From: the human T2T-CHM13v2.0 reference genome, Homo sapiens
NCBI RefSeq assembly: GCF_009914755.1
Contig: NC_060926.1
Reading direction: 5' to 3' (one strand)
DNA: 64,000 nucleotides
The notes under the pieces were generated by a model that worked only from the letters and a program-made list of their open reading frames with translations, had not been told where the DNA came from and ran no database searches. A program made the translations under genes and the position numbers. Positions 1 through 13,500 of the stretch are shown piece by piece (position 1 is the stretch's first letter; each line of letters opens with the position of its first letter).

Positions 1-316
1 AAATAATAGTAACGATTAATGTTTTATGTTTGATACACCTACTGTACTAATAAGTTAACCACAAACTATGGGATGCTTCATACCCTTAAACATTCTACTC
101 CATAAGGTTTCAAGTCCACAGTTGTTACCACTGTTAAGCTGTTGTAGGAAATTGCCAAGCAATAAATTTACATTTTTTACAAGTCAATATAACTCTTGTG
201 TTCTCTTGAAATTTCAGAAGCTTTTTATCTTTATTTAAGGGCATTTGTCAAAACAGGTCCCAATTGGAAATAAAAACCATTTGTCTCAGTAATGTATTTG
301 TTTTCAATTTAACTAG

Positions 317-493
317 ATTGCTCTTAAACTTGGTGTGACTGCTAATGATGTAAAGAATGTCATTATCTGGGGAAACCATTCCTCGACTCAGTATCCAGAT
401 GTCAACCATGCCAAGGTGAAATTGCAAGGAAAGGAAGTTGGTGTTTATGAAGCTCTGAAAGATGACAGCTGGCTCAAGGGAGAATTTGTCACG
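317..493 (+). CDS. MDH1: MDH1 internal coding exon ([28 protein letters not shown]...GEFVT), includes catalytic His motif WGNHS
   Basis: AG acceptor at 315-316, GTAAG donor at 494, 177 nt phase 0/0; peptide recognised as cytosolic MDH. Confidence 0.98.
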
Positions 494-900
494 GTAAGAA
501 AAATCTGTGAGCCTTCTTAACACTGAGCGTAAAGAACTCTTGAGAGACTCTTAGGACAGAAAACCTTAAAGAGGGCAGGTCTTTCACAGTTGCTCTGATG
601 ACTGCATACTTTCGGGATCATAGTAAGCCAGTCATGATCTAGTGTGATCTGATGTGACAGCAGTTGAGATTTATACCAAGATCCATGTCTTTGTCTGACC
701 TATGATAAACTTTGTATGGAGATACATAGTTTCCTTTTTCCAGAAGGATTGGTAAGGCTGACATTGGGTTGTTGCATGATTTTGGAGGGGAAACATTAAG
801 CTCTGGTCATAGCTTTTCACCCCAAGGTCGACTTGGAATTAATGAAAACTTTGCTATCATGACCAAGTAATACTGCTGCCTTCACCTGCCCCCTTCCCAG

Positions 901-1014
901 ACTGTGCAGCAGCGTGGCGCTGCTGTCATCAAGGCTCGAAAACTATCCAGTGCCATGTCTGCTGCAAAAGCCATCTGTGACCACGTCAGGGACATCTGGT
1001 TTGGAACCCCAGAG
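901..1014 (+). CDS. MDH1: MDH1 coding exon ([38 protein letters not shown])
   Basis: Pyrimidine tract + CAG ending at 900, GTAAG donor at 1015, 114 nt in frame. Confidence 0.98.
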
Positions 1015-1559
1015 GTAAGGATTTAGTGATTTGCACAGGTCACTCTATTTTATTTTTGTTGCCTGATGATATAATATAAAAAGAATATAGCCTTAGCAGT
1101 CAGTCAGGTTAGGTTCATTTCTCAGCTCAGCTGCCTATTAACAAGTAAACTTCGGGGTTTGTTAGCCTTGACCTTTCTGAGCTGTTTTGTCATCTTTTAC
1201 ATGACATTACTATTATACACAGGGTTGTGAGGGTTAAAGGAGATTGCACATGGAAAACACCTAGCACAATGCCTGATACATAGTAGGGGTGAATTTTTTT
1301 CTTCTATGCCACAGCTTCCTCATCTGTAAAATGAGGATTAGGTTTCCCTGGCCTACTTCACATATGATATGGAAGCGTGGAATGAAATAATATCCATGAA
1401 AGTTACCTTGTCACCAGTACCTGGTGCTGATGATAGTTCCTTACACAGTAATGATGTTATGAACATAGTAAGAAAGGGTCACCTGGTTTAATTTTATTAG
1501 TTCATGTGTCAGTTGTGTAAACTAATCATCATGAGTATGTGAAACATTGTTATTTTCAG

Positions 1560-1649
1560 GGAGAGTTTGTGTCCATGGGTGTTATCTCTGATGGCAACTC
1601 CTATGGTGTTCCTGATGATCTGCTCTACTCATTCCCTGTTGTAATCAAG
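1560..1649 (+). CDS. MDH1: MDH1 coding exon ([30 protein letters not shown])
   Basis: TTTTCAG acceptor, GTAAG donor at 1650, 90 nt in frame. Confidence 0.98.
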
Positions 1650-1720
1650 GTAAGGTATTTTGGAGCTATTTCCCTTCTTTGAGGAAGTAGTTATATGTTT
1701 CTCTTAAGAATGGTATTATT

Positions 1721-2008
1721 GGCCAGGCACAGTGGCTCACGCCTATAATCCCAACACTTTGGAAGGGCAAGGTGGCAAGATTGCTTGAGCCCAGGAGTTC
1801 AAGACCAGCCGGGGCAACATAGTGAGACCCCCTCTCTGCAAAAATAAAATAATTAGCCGGGCATGGTGGCACACATCTGTGGTCCTAGGTTCTTGAGAGG
1901 CTGAGGTAGGAGGATCACTTGAGCTTAGGAGATCAAGGCTGCAGTGAACCATGACAGTACCCCTCCACCAGGCAACAGAACGGGACCCTGTCCCCCAAAA
2001 AAGAAAAC
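1721..2008 (+). mobile_element. Alu (AluJ-like) in the last MDH1 intron
   Basis: GGCCAGGCACAGTGGCTCAC start, dimeric structure, A-rich tail. Confidence 0.93.
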
Positions 2009-2482
2009 AGAATGTTATCACTTAATCTAGAAAATTGTTCCTTTACTAAAATAGACATTTTTCTCAGCTTTAAAACTATATGTATTTCAGCTTCAGGTCA
2101 TTAAAAGTTTTTATGATTGAAATTAATCTGGAAAGGAAGATTCAGCTCTTCCCACTAGACACTATGTTATTATGCCTCTAGTATTAGAGACCTACAAATA
2201 GTATATTTCTAAATGAAGCAATGGTTTTCAGTGTTGTTGTTCTTTATTATAACTGTGCTAAAGTCAGTCATTTTTGAAGTTTTTTTTTTTTAGATTCAAT
2301 GGGTTTAAAATTCAAGTGTTGAGTTTTTATTAGAATTATCTATTAATTAAAATCTGGATTTTTATTTACTTTAGAATCAGACTTTAAAACGATATACCTC
2401 TAAATATAAGTTCAAACAAGGTTGTTGCTTACTGAAAGATCAGTTCCAGTTTAAATCTCTTATTTGCATTATTTTCAAACAG

Positions 2483-2608
2483 AATAAGACCTGGAAGTTT
2501 GTTGAAGGTCTCCCTATTAATGATTTCTCACGTGAGAAGATGGATCTTACTGCAAAGGAACTGACAGAAGAAAAAGAAAGTGCTTTTGAATTTCTTTCCT
2601 CTGCCTGA
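2483..2608 (+). CDS. MDH1: MDH1 last coding exon ([41 protein letters not shown])
   Basis: CAG acceptor ending at 2482, TGA at 2606-2608; matches the MDH1 C-terminus. Confidence 0.98.
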   Translation, partial: NKTWKFVEGLPINDFSREKMDLTAKELTEEKESAFEFLSSA

Positions 2609-2665
2609 CTAGACAATGATGTTACTAAATGCTTCAAAGCTGAAGAATCTAAATGTCGTCTTTGA
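2606..2665 (+). CDS. MDH1: MDH1x stop-codon readthrough extension X-LDNDVTKCFKAEESKCRL* ending in PTS1 variant CRL
   Basis: TGA CTAG leaky context; 18 open codons to TGA at 2663-2665; C-terminal CRL. Confidence 0.92.
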
Positions 2666-2795
2666 CTCAAGTACCAAATAATAATAATGCTATACTTAAA
2701 TTACTTGTGAAAAACAACACATTTTAAAGATTACGTGCTTCTTGGTACAGGTTTGTGAATGACAGTTTATCGTCATGCTGTTAGTGTGCATTCTA

Positions 2796-2801
2796 AATAA
2801 A
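2796..2801 (+). terminator. MDH1 polyadenylation signal AATAAA
   Basis: AATAAA ~190 nt after the stop codon, followed by a T/GT-rich downstream segment. Confidence 0.8.
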
Positions 2802-2875
2802 TATATATTCAAATGAAAGTGACTCAGACTCTGTTTCTAGCTAATATTTAGTGTCTATTCAGGAAGCAAACTTGC

Positions 2876-3165
2876 GGACAGGCGCAGTGACTGACACCTG
2901 TAATCCCAGCACTTTGGGAAGCTTGAGATGGGTGGATCACCTGAGGTCCGGAGTTTGAGACCAGCCTGGGCAAATAGTGACACCCCATCTCTACTAAAAA
3001 TACAAAAATTAGCCAGGCGTGGTGGCACAGGTCTGAAATCCCAGCTACTTGGGAGGATGAGGTAGGAGAATAGGTTGTCCCGGGGGGCGGAAGTTGCAGT
3101 GAGCCGAGATTGCGCCACTGCACTCCAGCCTGGGCTACGAGGGAAACTCCGTCTCAAAAAAAAGA
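2876..3165 (+). mobile_element. Alu (AluS-like)
   Basis: Full dimer with A tail. Confidence 0.92.
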
Positions 3166-3169
3166 AGAG

Positions 3170-3470
3170 GACTGGGCGCGGTGGCTCCCGCCTGTAATCC
3201 CAGCACTTTGGGAGGCAGAGGCGGGCGGATCACTACGTCAGGAGATCGAGACCATCCTGGCTGACGCGGTGAAACCCCATCTCTACTAAAAATGCAAAAA
3301 ATTAGCCAGGCGTGGTGGCGGGCACCTGTAGTCCCAGCTACTCGGGAGGCTGAGGCAGGAGAATGGCGTGAACCCGGGAGGCGGAGCTTGCTGTGAGCAG
3401 ATGGCGCCACTGCACTCCAGCCTGGGCACAGAGCGAGACTCCGTCTCAAAAAAAAAAAAAAAAGAAGAAA
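3170..3470 (+). mobile_element. AluY inserted in the A-tail of the preceding Alu
   Basis: AluY diagnostics (GAATGGCGTGAACCCGGGAGGCGGAGCTTG), CpG-rich, long A tail. Confidence 0.92.
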
Positions 3471-4181
3471 AGAAAACAAACTCGAATGTTTCCCAGGTTG
3501 CCTAAATAATTTTGAGATAGATATATATACATTTTTTTAACCAGGGGAAGGCAGTAAGGCTAGAAAGATAAAGCATAAATCTCGTATTTAAATAGAATAT
3601 AGAAACCCACCTTGTGATAATGAATCAGTCTATTTCAGCATATATTTGTAAACATTACCTACGTTGAACAAATACCATATTTTTAAAATCTTAAAGGTTT
3701 ACGCTTTGTAGATAATTTGATTTTAAGGCTAGCTACTAATATTAAATAAGTTGCAGATAATATTGTTAACAGTGTTATGCCATTGGATGAAATTAGAATA
3801 TTTTCATTATATTAAAAAAATGGTAATAGGTTTTCACTGGAGGTATTACTTTTTAGCAGATAAGGAATCATTTATATTTCAAAACCACTAAATACCACAG
3901 AAGTTTATGCTAGTGTTAGGAGTAACACTAGCATAGTGTTATGATGTTAGAAGTAAGTAATAAACTAAGCTTATTACTAGAAAAATAGTGGAGTTTTTTT
4001 AATAGTCTTGTTTTTTCCCCAAACCTATGATGGCAGAAGGCATTTTCTATCTTTTCATCCTCATGCTTAACACACTGTCCACATGTAATAGGCAATATTG
4101 TATTAATAAATATCTCCAGGCCTAACATAGTACTCTTCATGGATGCTCAAATATTTGTTGGTTGGACTTATTTAAAATTAC

Positions 4182-4442
4182 TACTTTGGGAGGCCAGGGC
4201 AGGAGGATTGATTGAAGCCAGGAGTTCAAGGCTAGCCTGGGCAACAAAACAAGACCCCATCTCTACAAAAAAATTTAAAAATTAGCTGAGTGCAGTGGTG
4301 GATTCCTGTAATCCCAGCTACTCCGGAAAGTAAGGCAAGAGGATCACCTAGGCAAAGGAATTCAAGGCTGCAGTGAGCTAGGATCACGCCACTGCACTCC
4401 AGCCTAGGCAACAGAGCGAGACCATCTCCTTTTTAAAAAATT
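4182..4442 (+). mobile_element. 5'-truncated Alu (AluJ-like)
   Basis: Starts at TACTTTGGGAGGCC; AAAATTAC repeated on both flanks. Confidence 0.88.
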
Positions 4443-4706
4443 AAAAATTACCTAGATAATTTTATGATGTAGAAAAGAAAAAGCAAGTTGAGTAAAACTA
4501 CCTTTAGGACTACTATTAATCGGAAGCATAAAAACAAAATTTCATATAGAATGAACAAAATTTTGTATAAAGTAAGTATGAATTGTACCAGTTGTTATTT
4601 TCTTTCAGTTCCAAACACTCCCTTCTATATTCTCGTGACATTAGGACTGGAATTTGGCAAGCCACATTTCTTTACCAGCTGCTCCTTGTTAAAAATGTGC
4701 TAATGG

Positions 4707-5002
4707 GCCAGGCGCGGTGGCTCATGCTTGTAATCCCAGTACTTTGGGAGGCCAAGGCGGGCAGATCATTTGAGGTCAGGAGTTCAAGACTAGCCTGGCC
4801 AACATGGTGAAACCCTGTCACTACTAAAAATACAAAAATTAGTCGGGCATGGTGGCGCATGCCTGTAATCCCAGCTACTCAGGAGGCTGAGGCAGGAGAA
4901 TCACCTGAACCTGGGAGGTTGCAGTGAGCCGAGATCATGCCACTGCACTCCAGCCTGGGTGACAGCAAGACTCCATTTCAAAACAAAACAACAACAACAA
5001 AA
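4707..5002 (+). mobile_element. AluS
   Basis: Canonical dimer with (CAA)n tail. Confidence 0.93.
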
Positions 5003-5228
5003 TATATATATATACACACACTAATAAAGGGTACTAGAGGGGGACTGGATGGCAGAAGAGAAAGAAAACATGCTCTTACTCCTTCCTGTTGGTTTCCTCT
5101 ATCATTACCTTCTATCCACTTTATATAAGCCAGAAAAGAAAAAAACAAATGAATCAAACATATCTTTAGAAGAGCAATTAGTTGGAAGCATGAAAACTAA
5201 TTTCATGTAGAATTAAAAAGAAAATCTT

Positions 5229-5500
<272 letters not shown>

Positions 5501-6434
5501 AAAAGAAAATGTTATATGAAGAAAGTATGTATATATGAAAGTTATTGGAGAGATCTAGATTACTTGTAGAAACAAGTAATTTTTCACCAACTTTGCCTTT
5601 GAAGCATGGGTTTCGGTTTGAATATTCACACTGTGAAACTGATTATCTCTTTATGCCATTTTTTTAATGCTCTTCACTTCCATCACCTTTACCAAGAGAA
5701 CAAAGCATTTTGTTGCTCCTTCTCTTAATGGAGTCCAGGCCCAGGAAGTTGTGTCTTCAAGCAGCATGATAATATGTGAAAAGCCTATGCCTTTCCTAAG
5801 CATTTTTACTAGTACTTGAGGAAATGATACATGGATGCATTACAGGGCAAAAGACATTACATTTTAAGCCAATAAAGTTAGATTAAGAAGCTTTCCAAAA
5901 GAGGTACAATCTGTATAAACCTAAACCTTAAGGGAATATTGACCTCTGCAGATCATGACCCTGGTAATGTTTCCTGAACAACAAGTGGATAGCCAGTGCA
6001 GCTTTATTTAATTCTAATAAAACATAAAGAAGGAGTGGGGGAAAAACCCTATAATTCCACTGCCAGTTAAATCATAATTTAAATAAAAGTTATATATACA
6101 TTAGAAAATCAATGAAATGGTGTTAAATGAAAACCAAGTTTTTGTTTATCCTTACAGGGAAAAAAACACACATATTTATTTTGAGAATTAAAAAAAAAAA
6201 AGGAATACATAGTGAAAAGAAGTGTTCTTTGCTCACCTGACTCCCACCCATTTAAGCCTTGTTTTTGTCCCATGGCCTATAGCTCAGAAACATTCAATGC
6301 ATAACCAAAGTATGTATGTAAATATATGTGTGTGCATGTAACCATCCCCTTTTGTACATAAATTATAACACACTGTTCTGCACTCTGTGTTTTTCCTTTA
6401 GTAATACATCTTAAAGCTATATAGATACTTAGCG

Positions 6435-6735
<301 letters not shown>

Positions 6736-7779
6736 CTATATAGATACCTGCAGAGCCACCCCATTCATTTTTAAAGTTATGTAGTACTCTGTTGAATGGA
6801 TATACCAAACTTTATTTAGCCAGTCTCCTATTGATGGACTTTTAGATTCTTTTCAATCTTTTACTACTATAAAGATGCTGGACTATTTTTGTAAGTTGGT
6901 TATTTCATACATGTACAAGTGTATCTGCAGGATAAATTCCTAAAACACAGCAGATTTTTTTTAATACTGTTGAATCTAGTTTGTTATGAAAGCAGCAGCC
7001 TTCTGGATTTGATATTATATGTACATTTAATACCATTTTAACTGTCCTTTCTAACCCCCCACTTTTTTTTAACAATACCTTGATTAAACCAGCCACAATA
7101 TTTCTCAAGAAATGTTGACCAGGGGAAAAATATATTAGAAAGTACCTTTTTGGTATGTAAGCTTAAGAATTTGACTATGAAAAACAAAAAGCAACAAAAA
7201 TAAGTTCCTAGTTGTCCTTGTGAAATTGGTATGAGAACTCATCATCTTTATGATCTTGATGGCTTTAAACAAACCTCAAAACAAGAAACATATCTGTTTT
7301 GATTTCTGAATATTGGTGGGTTCTTAGACAAACTAAAATGGTTACTGACTCAGTAGAAATATATACGCTTTCATTCCAGTAGTGTCACCTAATTGGTATC
7401 ATCCAGCACAATATAGTGACAGTTCAATACACATTGTTGAATAAATGGGTTCTTGTCAATTTGCCCTCTAACTCTGCTGGGAATAGACTCGTATTCTAAA
7501 TCAAACTCATAGCCTGACCTGGGTAGCACAATTGAGTAAAGCACTTTTAAGCAGAATAGACATCTTTAAAACCATCCAGTTTTCTCATGTCCTTACCACC
7601 ATCACCCTGGTCCAAGCCATCATTATTTCTTCATAAAAGACTTCTGCAATAACAATGGAAATGGGAGCTCAGTTTGGAGTCTATGCCTCCCCTCTCTCCC
7701 TAGTCCAATCCAGACTTGCTCTAGAGTTACTGATTAACAACGACATTTTACTTCACGTTTTTTGAAGAATAGACCAACT

Positions 7780-7960
7780 CATGGGCTTGGAAGTCAGACA
7801 AGCTTGGATTCCAGCTCTGACTCTTTTTAGGTGTCCTTAAACAACCTTTCTACGTTTTGACTCCCTCAGATACAAAATGGGGATATTAATAGTACAACCT
7901 TTAAAATGTTTTTGTGAGGATTATTTAAATGGAAAGCACATGGTAAGGGCTCAATTTACT
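7780..7960 (+). mobile_element. MIR fragment
   Basis: GGCTTGGAAGTCAGACAAGCTTGGATTCCAGCTCTG...AAAATGGGGATATTAATAGTA resembles the MIR core. Confidence 0.65.
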
Positions 7961-7969
7961 TATTGGGTT

Positions 7970-8519
7970 TGTAGGGGATCGAAATACGCCACCCCAAAAT
8001 ATGCCACTTTAGCATAAGAAGTATTTTGAGCTAAAGTCATTTCAGATTCAACAGATACAGAAGCAGCCTTCCCAGCGCCTCCCTTGTCTGACTAAAAGCA
8101 GAAACTTCTGAAAATAAGGACTGCCATAAATCCTCTCTCCTAGGGAAGTTTCATGACCATGAAGAAGACAGAAAGTTGGCACTGACATGGACATATGAAA
8201 ACAAACCTTATTCCTTTTGTTTCCCCCATACACTTACCTTTCCACAGTTTACCACCCTTGAAAGCTTAAAACCTTTTCCTTTGTCTTGTCACATCTAAAT
8301 GGGCTGGTTTTTTGTGAAGATGCTATATAAACTCAAATTCTAACCATCGTTTTCAGTTACTCATCACTGAGTTTCTCCCACATGTATGTGTACTACATGT
8401 GTTAGTAAATTCTGTTTTTCTTTTGTTAATCTGTCTTTTGTCAGTTAGATTTCCAGGGCCCGAGATGGAGGCTAGGACCTAGGCAGGTAGGGGAAAAATG
8501 TTATTTTTTTCTCCCCATA
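7970..8519 (+). mobile_element. ERV1 solo LTR, MER34-like
   Basis: TG start, GCCACCCCAAAATATGCCACTTT 5' motif, TATA-like box, 4-bp TSD GGTT. Confidence 0.75.
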
Positions 8520-8842
8520 GGTTTTTTCCTTTTCTTTTCCTTTCTTTCTTTCTTTTTTTTTTTTTACTTCTTAGCATCACTTCAAAGTCTATTATAATGT
8601 GGCCTCAAGTGACACCTTCCAGCCCCGTCTTTGACTATTATTCCCTGTACCTTCCATACCTTCCATGCTGGCCATGTTAAAGTACTTGGACAGTTAGTCA
8701 CGTGCATGGCTCCATGCCTTTGTTTGGCTGTTCTCTTTGCTTAGAATGCTCTTCTCTGCTTCTCTAGACTGCCTTACACATAGGTAGTCAACATGTGCAT
8801 ATTGATTAAGGGGGGAAAATCCCAAGAACTTTTGTCCCACTG

Positions 8843-9290
8843 TCTTAAGACTAGTCCTCCAGTAGTAGACCCTAAAATGAGGTTTCTGAGGATTCAAATG
8901 CATGTGATTTACTAAGGCAGTGCTCCCAGGAGAAATCTCTAAGGAAGAAGAGCAGGAGCAGGGAAAAGGAGGAAGCCAAGCAATGGTGCATCTAGCCAAG
9001 GATGGCTCCAGCCTGATGAAATCAGGGAAACTTCTGTTCTTAGGCAAGGAGCCTGGGGCTTTTATTTCATACTCCCAAACCTCCCAATCATGGGATGGGG
9101 GTGGAGAATGTAATTCCCAGCCATTGCCTGCTCTCTATGCTGCCAGCAAAGCAGGCTGTAGCAGTACAGGCACAGTCCTCCAAAAAGAACCCCAGATGCT
9201 AGCTGTTAGAAGCAAAGGAAAGTCCAAGGGAATGGGAGCATGGGTGCTAAAAGGAATCTGGGCAGAAACACCAACATTATTCACCACTTC
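8843..9290. mobile_element. Old ERVL-type LTR (LTR33/LTR41-like)
   Basis: GTGATTTACTAAGGCAGTGCTCCCAGGAGAA-type motif resembles the recalled consensus. Confidence 0.45.
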
Positions 9291-9293
9291 CAC

Positions 9294-10011
9294 TGTTGGA
9301 GTGCAGAGAACAATACCCCAAAGTATGATGCTTTGTCATGCCGAACACTTCTGAATTAAAGGAACTTGGAAAGGCTAAGAACCGAGGAGTTTCTAGCCTT
9401 CTCTTATTTCTACCCCAAACCCCAAGCACAGGGAGAGGTTATCTCTGGTATTTCCCTTGTCTGACTGAGGAAAACTTCTTTCAAAAGAAATGCAATTGTC
9501 TTAAGACCCCCTCCCTAGGAATCTCATCAAATAACTAGGCAAGATTAACCACTGGAGAAAAGACTAAACATCATCACCATGCTCGGACAGACTTTTTATC
9601 CATTTTTCTGAGAGCAGCTCCAAGAGATTACCTGGGAGACTTTATTTACATAATATAAGAACCTCCGTTCACAGGGAAGTTCTGACCGTCACTATCCCAC
9701 CACCTCCCCTAGTGCTCAGAATGAAGTTTTGTTCCAGAACAATGTCTGTTCTTTGGGCTCATTCAATTATCCTGAAAATCATTTACTACCCCTCAAAATT
9801 GCCCACATCCCCCATTCCCTCTCCCCTATGAAGAAGATTTTTAAACCTCAACCATCTGACCCTTCTTTGAGTTTCATATTTTGTATGGCTTCTGTACACA
9901 CTTGCATGTTAATAAATTTGTATGCCTTTTTCTCCTGTTAATCTCCCTACTGTCAGTTCATTTCAGCAAACCTTCAGAAGGCAAATGGCAAACTTTCCCT
10001 CCACTCCTATG
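9294..10011 (+). mobile_element. ERV1 solo LTR, MER39-like
   Basis: TGTTGGAGTGCAGAGAACAATACCCCAAAGTATG start; AATAAA and U5 motif TTTTCTCCTGTTAATCT. Confidence 0.7.
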
Positions 10012-10084
10012 TTTACCCACTTAGTCTTACTCCTAATGAAGCCTAGATGAACTCTATCATTTTATACTTAGAGGGAGATGGCAC

Positions 10085-11430
10085 TGTTAGGGCTCAGAAC
10101 ACAACAGCCCAAGGTATGATGTCTTTGGTATGCTGAGTACTTTGAAATGAAAGAGGCTGGAAGAACCACAGAAGCAAAGTCTCTCTCTGACCTTCTCTCA
10201 TCCTCTTGTCTCCCATCCTTTTTCCTCCCCAAAGCAGGCCTATAAACTAGTATTCCTCTTCCCCAAGGTGACTCATAGCAATTAAAACTCCTGTTCCCCA
10301 AAACAAGTCATAAAACCTAGAAAGACCTCTTTTTCCCTTTTCACTTGAAGAACCTCATTCCATAGGAATTCTGCCCCATACCTTGGAGGATGAAATGCTT
10401 CCCAGAGAGGAATTTCAAGAATCTGAACAGACAGGCCTTGCTAGGTTTCTCCCCTCAGTTGATTACCATTAGATCATACCCTGTATCCAATCACATTTCT
10501 ACGCAACTGTCTATTCTTCATTGAACCTAAGCATAAAAACAGACAATTTTCCCTAGGTTTGGGGATTTTCATTCTGAAGCCTCCCGTATCACATAAAACT
10601 TTGATAAAATAAGTTTGTTAGGCTTTTCTCTTGTTAACCTGTTTTTGTTATAGTGAGAGAGGAGGTAGAAAGACACTAGCTAGGCAGACAGGGCAAAGAG
10701 TTCTCGGCAGAACTTCCCTTCTAACAAAAAGCAGCCCAGGAAATCACTTACCTTTTAACAAAGAGCAGCCTGGAAGATCAGGCTGCAAACACAGATAAGG
10801 AAGCAGCTATGACACAGAGGTGGAGCTTCCTGGGTAATTGGCAAGTTTCACATACATACGGTGGATCCCAGTAAACACAATGGGCTTTAGTGAGCACATT
10901 CCTTTCCTTTTTACGACATACTCATGGGGAGATGCCTGCAGCCGCACCAACAAAAAAGGAGTACCTGGGGCCAGGCATGTCCACCGTGCGGGATCTACCT
11001 CCCCTTTTTCAGCACATGCACAGTAGGAAAGAAATAAGCAATGCGAAGAAGCTCAGGCCAAGGAGCCGTCTGCATAATAAAAGGTAGGGGTGGGGGCTGC
11101 CAGAGATTTGTGCTCTGTGCAGATGGCACACCTGGTTCTAACCTGTTTTTCATGCCCTAGGTAAATAAGATACCCCCTCCCCACTAACTCATTTATAAAA
11201 ACCCTTGCATTTCCCTGCAGAATGGCAACACTTTTGGGGACCCCACTCTGCAGCAGAGAGCTGTTTCTTTTGCCTATTAAACTTCTGCTCTAACCTCACC
11301 CTTGGTGTGTTTGTGTCCTTGCTTTCCTTGGCCACAAGACCAAGAACTTCAGGTGCCACCCCAGGCAATGAGGCCATTTCAAGAGGGGTGTCAGCCACAA
11401 CCCTTAGGATTACACCTGGGTTCTGCACAT
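10085..11430 (+). mobile_element. ERV1 solo LTR, MER39-like, split at 10653 by a nested LTR
   Basis: Same 5' motif as the LTR at 9294; U5 TTTTGTTATAG resumes as GGGTGTCAGCC after 11381. Confidence 0.7.
10654..11381 (+). mobile_element. Nested ERV1 solo LTR (MER50-like)
   Basis: TG...CA termini, ATAG/AGAG near-TSD, TATAAAA box and ATTAAA signal. Confidence 0.72.
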
Positions 11431-11624
11431 GATTTATGTGTGCATGATTTTCTACTCATGCTTCTTCTCTTACTTTGTGGCCCTGAGAATAAGCTTTCTC
11501 GTTTCACCATAGAGCTAAATTCATAGCACTACTTATTCTAGCTGGAAGTTACCTTGGTAATAATAATATTCTCAGGCTTGAGCTGGGGCATTTCCAGAAT
11601 AAAGTTGCTCAGAGTTAATGCTCT

Positions 11625-12080
11625 CCTGTTCATTTATTTTTTCAACAGAGAGATTAGTCTGTGCATGGCATTGTGCTAATTCCAGGTACATTGATGAATT
11701 CTATCTTTATGGAACATACTATAAATAACACACATATAGTACAATAAATTCTTTGCAGGAAATAGTGCAATGTTAAGAAACTTACAGAGGTGAGAATCTA
11801 CTTAGATAGGGATGGTTCTCTAAATCTTTCTGAGGCATTGATATTTAAGGCCAAGATCTGAAGAATAAGAAGGGAGAGGGGGAGTTCCTTCCTTACCTCA
11901 CAAAGGGAATTATAAATGGAAAAGCCTTGAGCCTGGAAAAAACTCCTCCTGTTTTAGGAAAGAAAAGGTCTGTTTAGGCCTAAAACAAACTGGGGGAATT
12001 AAGGGAGGGAGGGTAAAGGGGCTGAAAATGGAATTGGAGAGGTAAGTAGGAGCCAGTCCATGCTAGACCCTCACCTTAGC
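11625..12080 (-). mobile_element. L2 fragment
   Basis: TTCATTTATTTTTTCAACA 3' end and typical L2 body motifs. Confidence 0.55.
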
Positions 12081-12989
12081 CTAATAGGCTAGATTTCTTT
12101 TTAACATGCAAAAGTAAGTCTAATGTGCACCTTTGAGTCTTTTATATATCCTTTACTCTATAGCATAAAATAAGAAATATAAAACAAAAACGAAATAATT
12201 TTAAGATTCTAGTGGCTTTAGTATTGCCAATAATGTTGATTAGTGGACAACTTTGCTTATGTGGAAAGAGACCATATTACTCTCCTCCCTTCCTCCTATA
12301 TTAGAATGCAAATAAGTAGCATTATTTAAACACAGCAACCCACGTGGAGAAGAAAAAAATCATTATTTTAAAAAGTATATGCAAATAAGGATATTAGTGA
12401 TAATGTGAAAAGGACTAAATAAAATTACAATCCATAGAAGGATTTTAAAGCTAGAAGAAACTTTGAGATTATCCAACAAAATGCTTTTTTTTAATTGAAG
12501 TAATGACAAGGATATTTACGGTTTAAGAATTTTTTGTTTGTAAAAACAAAATGCCTTTCTCTAACATCCCCAAAAGTAAAAATAAAGCTGGAGTAGGTGG
12601 AAAAACAAATTTAGAAATGGATGCAAACCAGGAGCTTTTGCCTTGTCTCTGATTTGGCAGCAGGTCTTCTGGGGCAGAACTGAGCACTTGTAATTAGCAC
12701 CTCACCACAGGAAAAATTTGTAATAACTCTCAAGAAAGCCATTCAAGACACAGAATAAATTCCACATTGGCCATGCTCTTGCAGCCATAAGAGATAATTA
12801 ACCATGTTTTAATGTATTTGTTGGAGTGATAATGTAGACCAGCTGCCTTTCAATTCAGCTATGAAATTGAAAATAAGGATTTTCAAAATTATCTTGAACT
12901 TAGAGATGGGTTGAAAATAAGATTAAAATGATTACATTGTACTTTCAAATGAAATTATAACCTCATATCTTCCTTATTTCATACGTGTT

Positions 12990-13500
12990 TGAGAGGGAAA
13001 AATGCTTTCTTATACCCTTCTAGGTTCTGTGGCTGGTCTAAGAATTAAACTGACATAGATTAATAGGAGAAAAATAATTACATATGTACACATAGGAGTC
13101 CCACAGATATATGAAACTAAGCAGCCAGGTGATTGAGACTTTCATATTGTCTGCGGTTACAGAAAGGAATAAGGGTTTGGGGCTGCTCAGGGGTGGTGGA
13201 GGCAAATTGTGGGAAGGCTAGAGGAGGAAATGTATAGTGAATAAAAGTTGCCTGCCTTGTTATACAGATAAGAGTCTCTCAGGTGATAAAAGTTGTCTTC
13301 AGGGATGGCCATCTTCCTGGAACAAATACCTTTACTAATGAAAATTTCCTTTATAAATGTAAATTTCCTTTATAAAAGAGGAAATTTATACTTTATTTTA
13401 GGCCGTTGAGATAAAGAGTTGGTTCTCAATTTCTTTTAGCTCAAAATAATCAGCATGCCAAAGCAACATATTTTAGAATGGCATGTTCTGAACCCCTTCA
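12990..13500 (-). mobile_element. ERV1 solo LTR, MER34-like
   Basis: Reverse strand begins TGAAGGGGTTCAGAACATGCCATTCTAAAATATG, related to the LTR at 7970. Confidence 0.72.

Noticed and set aside
2606-2820. Selenocysteine recoding of the MDH1 UGA
   Set aside because: No recognisable SECIS in the short 3'UTR; the CUAG context already explains readthrough.
8920-9354. 144-aa ORF
   Set aside because: Lies within LTR sequence, starts at GTG, and shows no recognisable homology.
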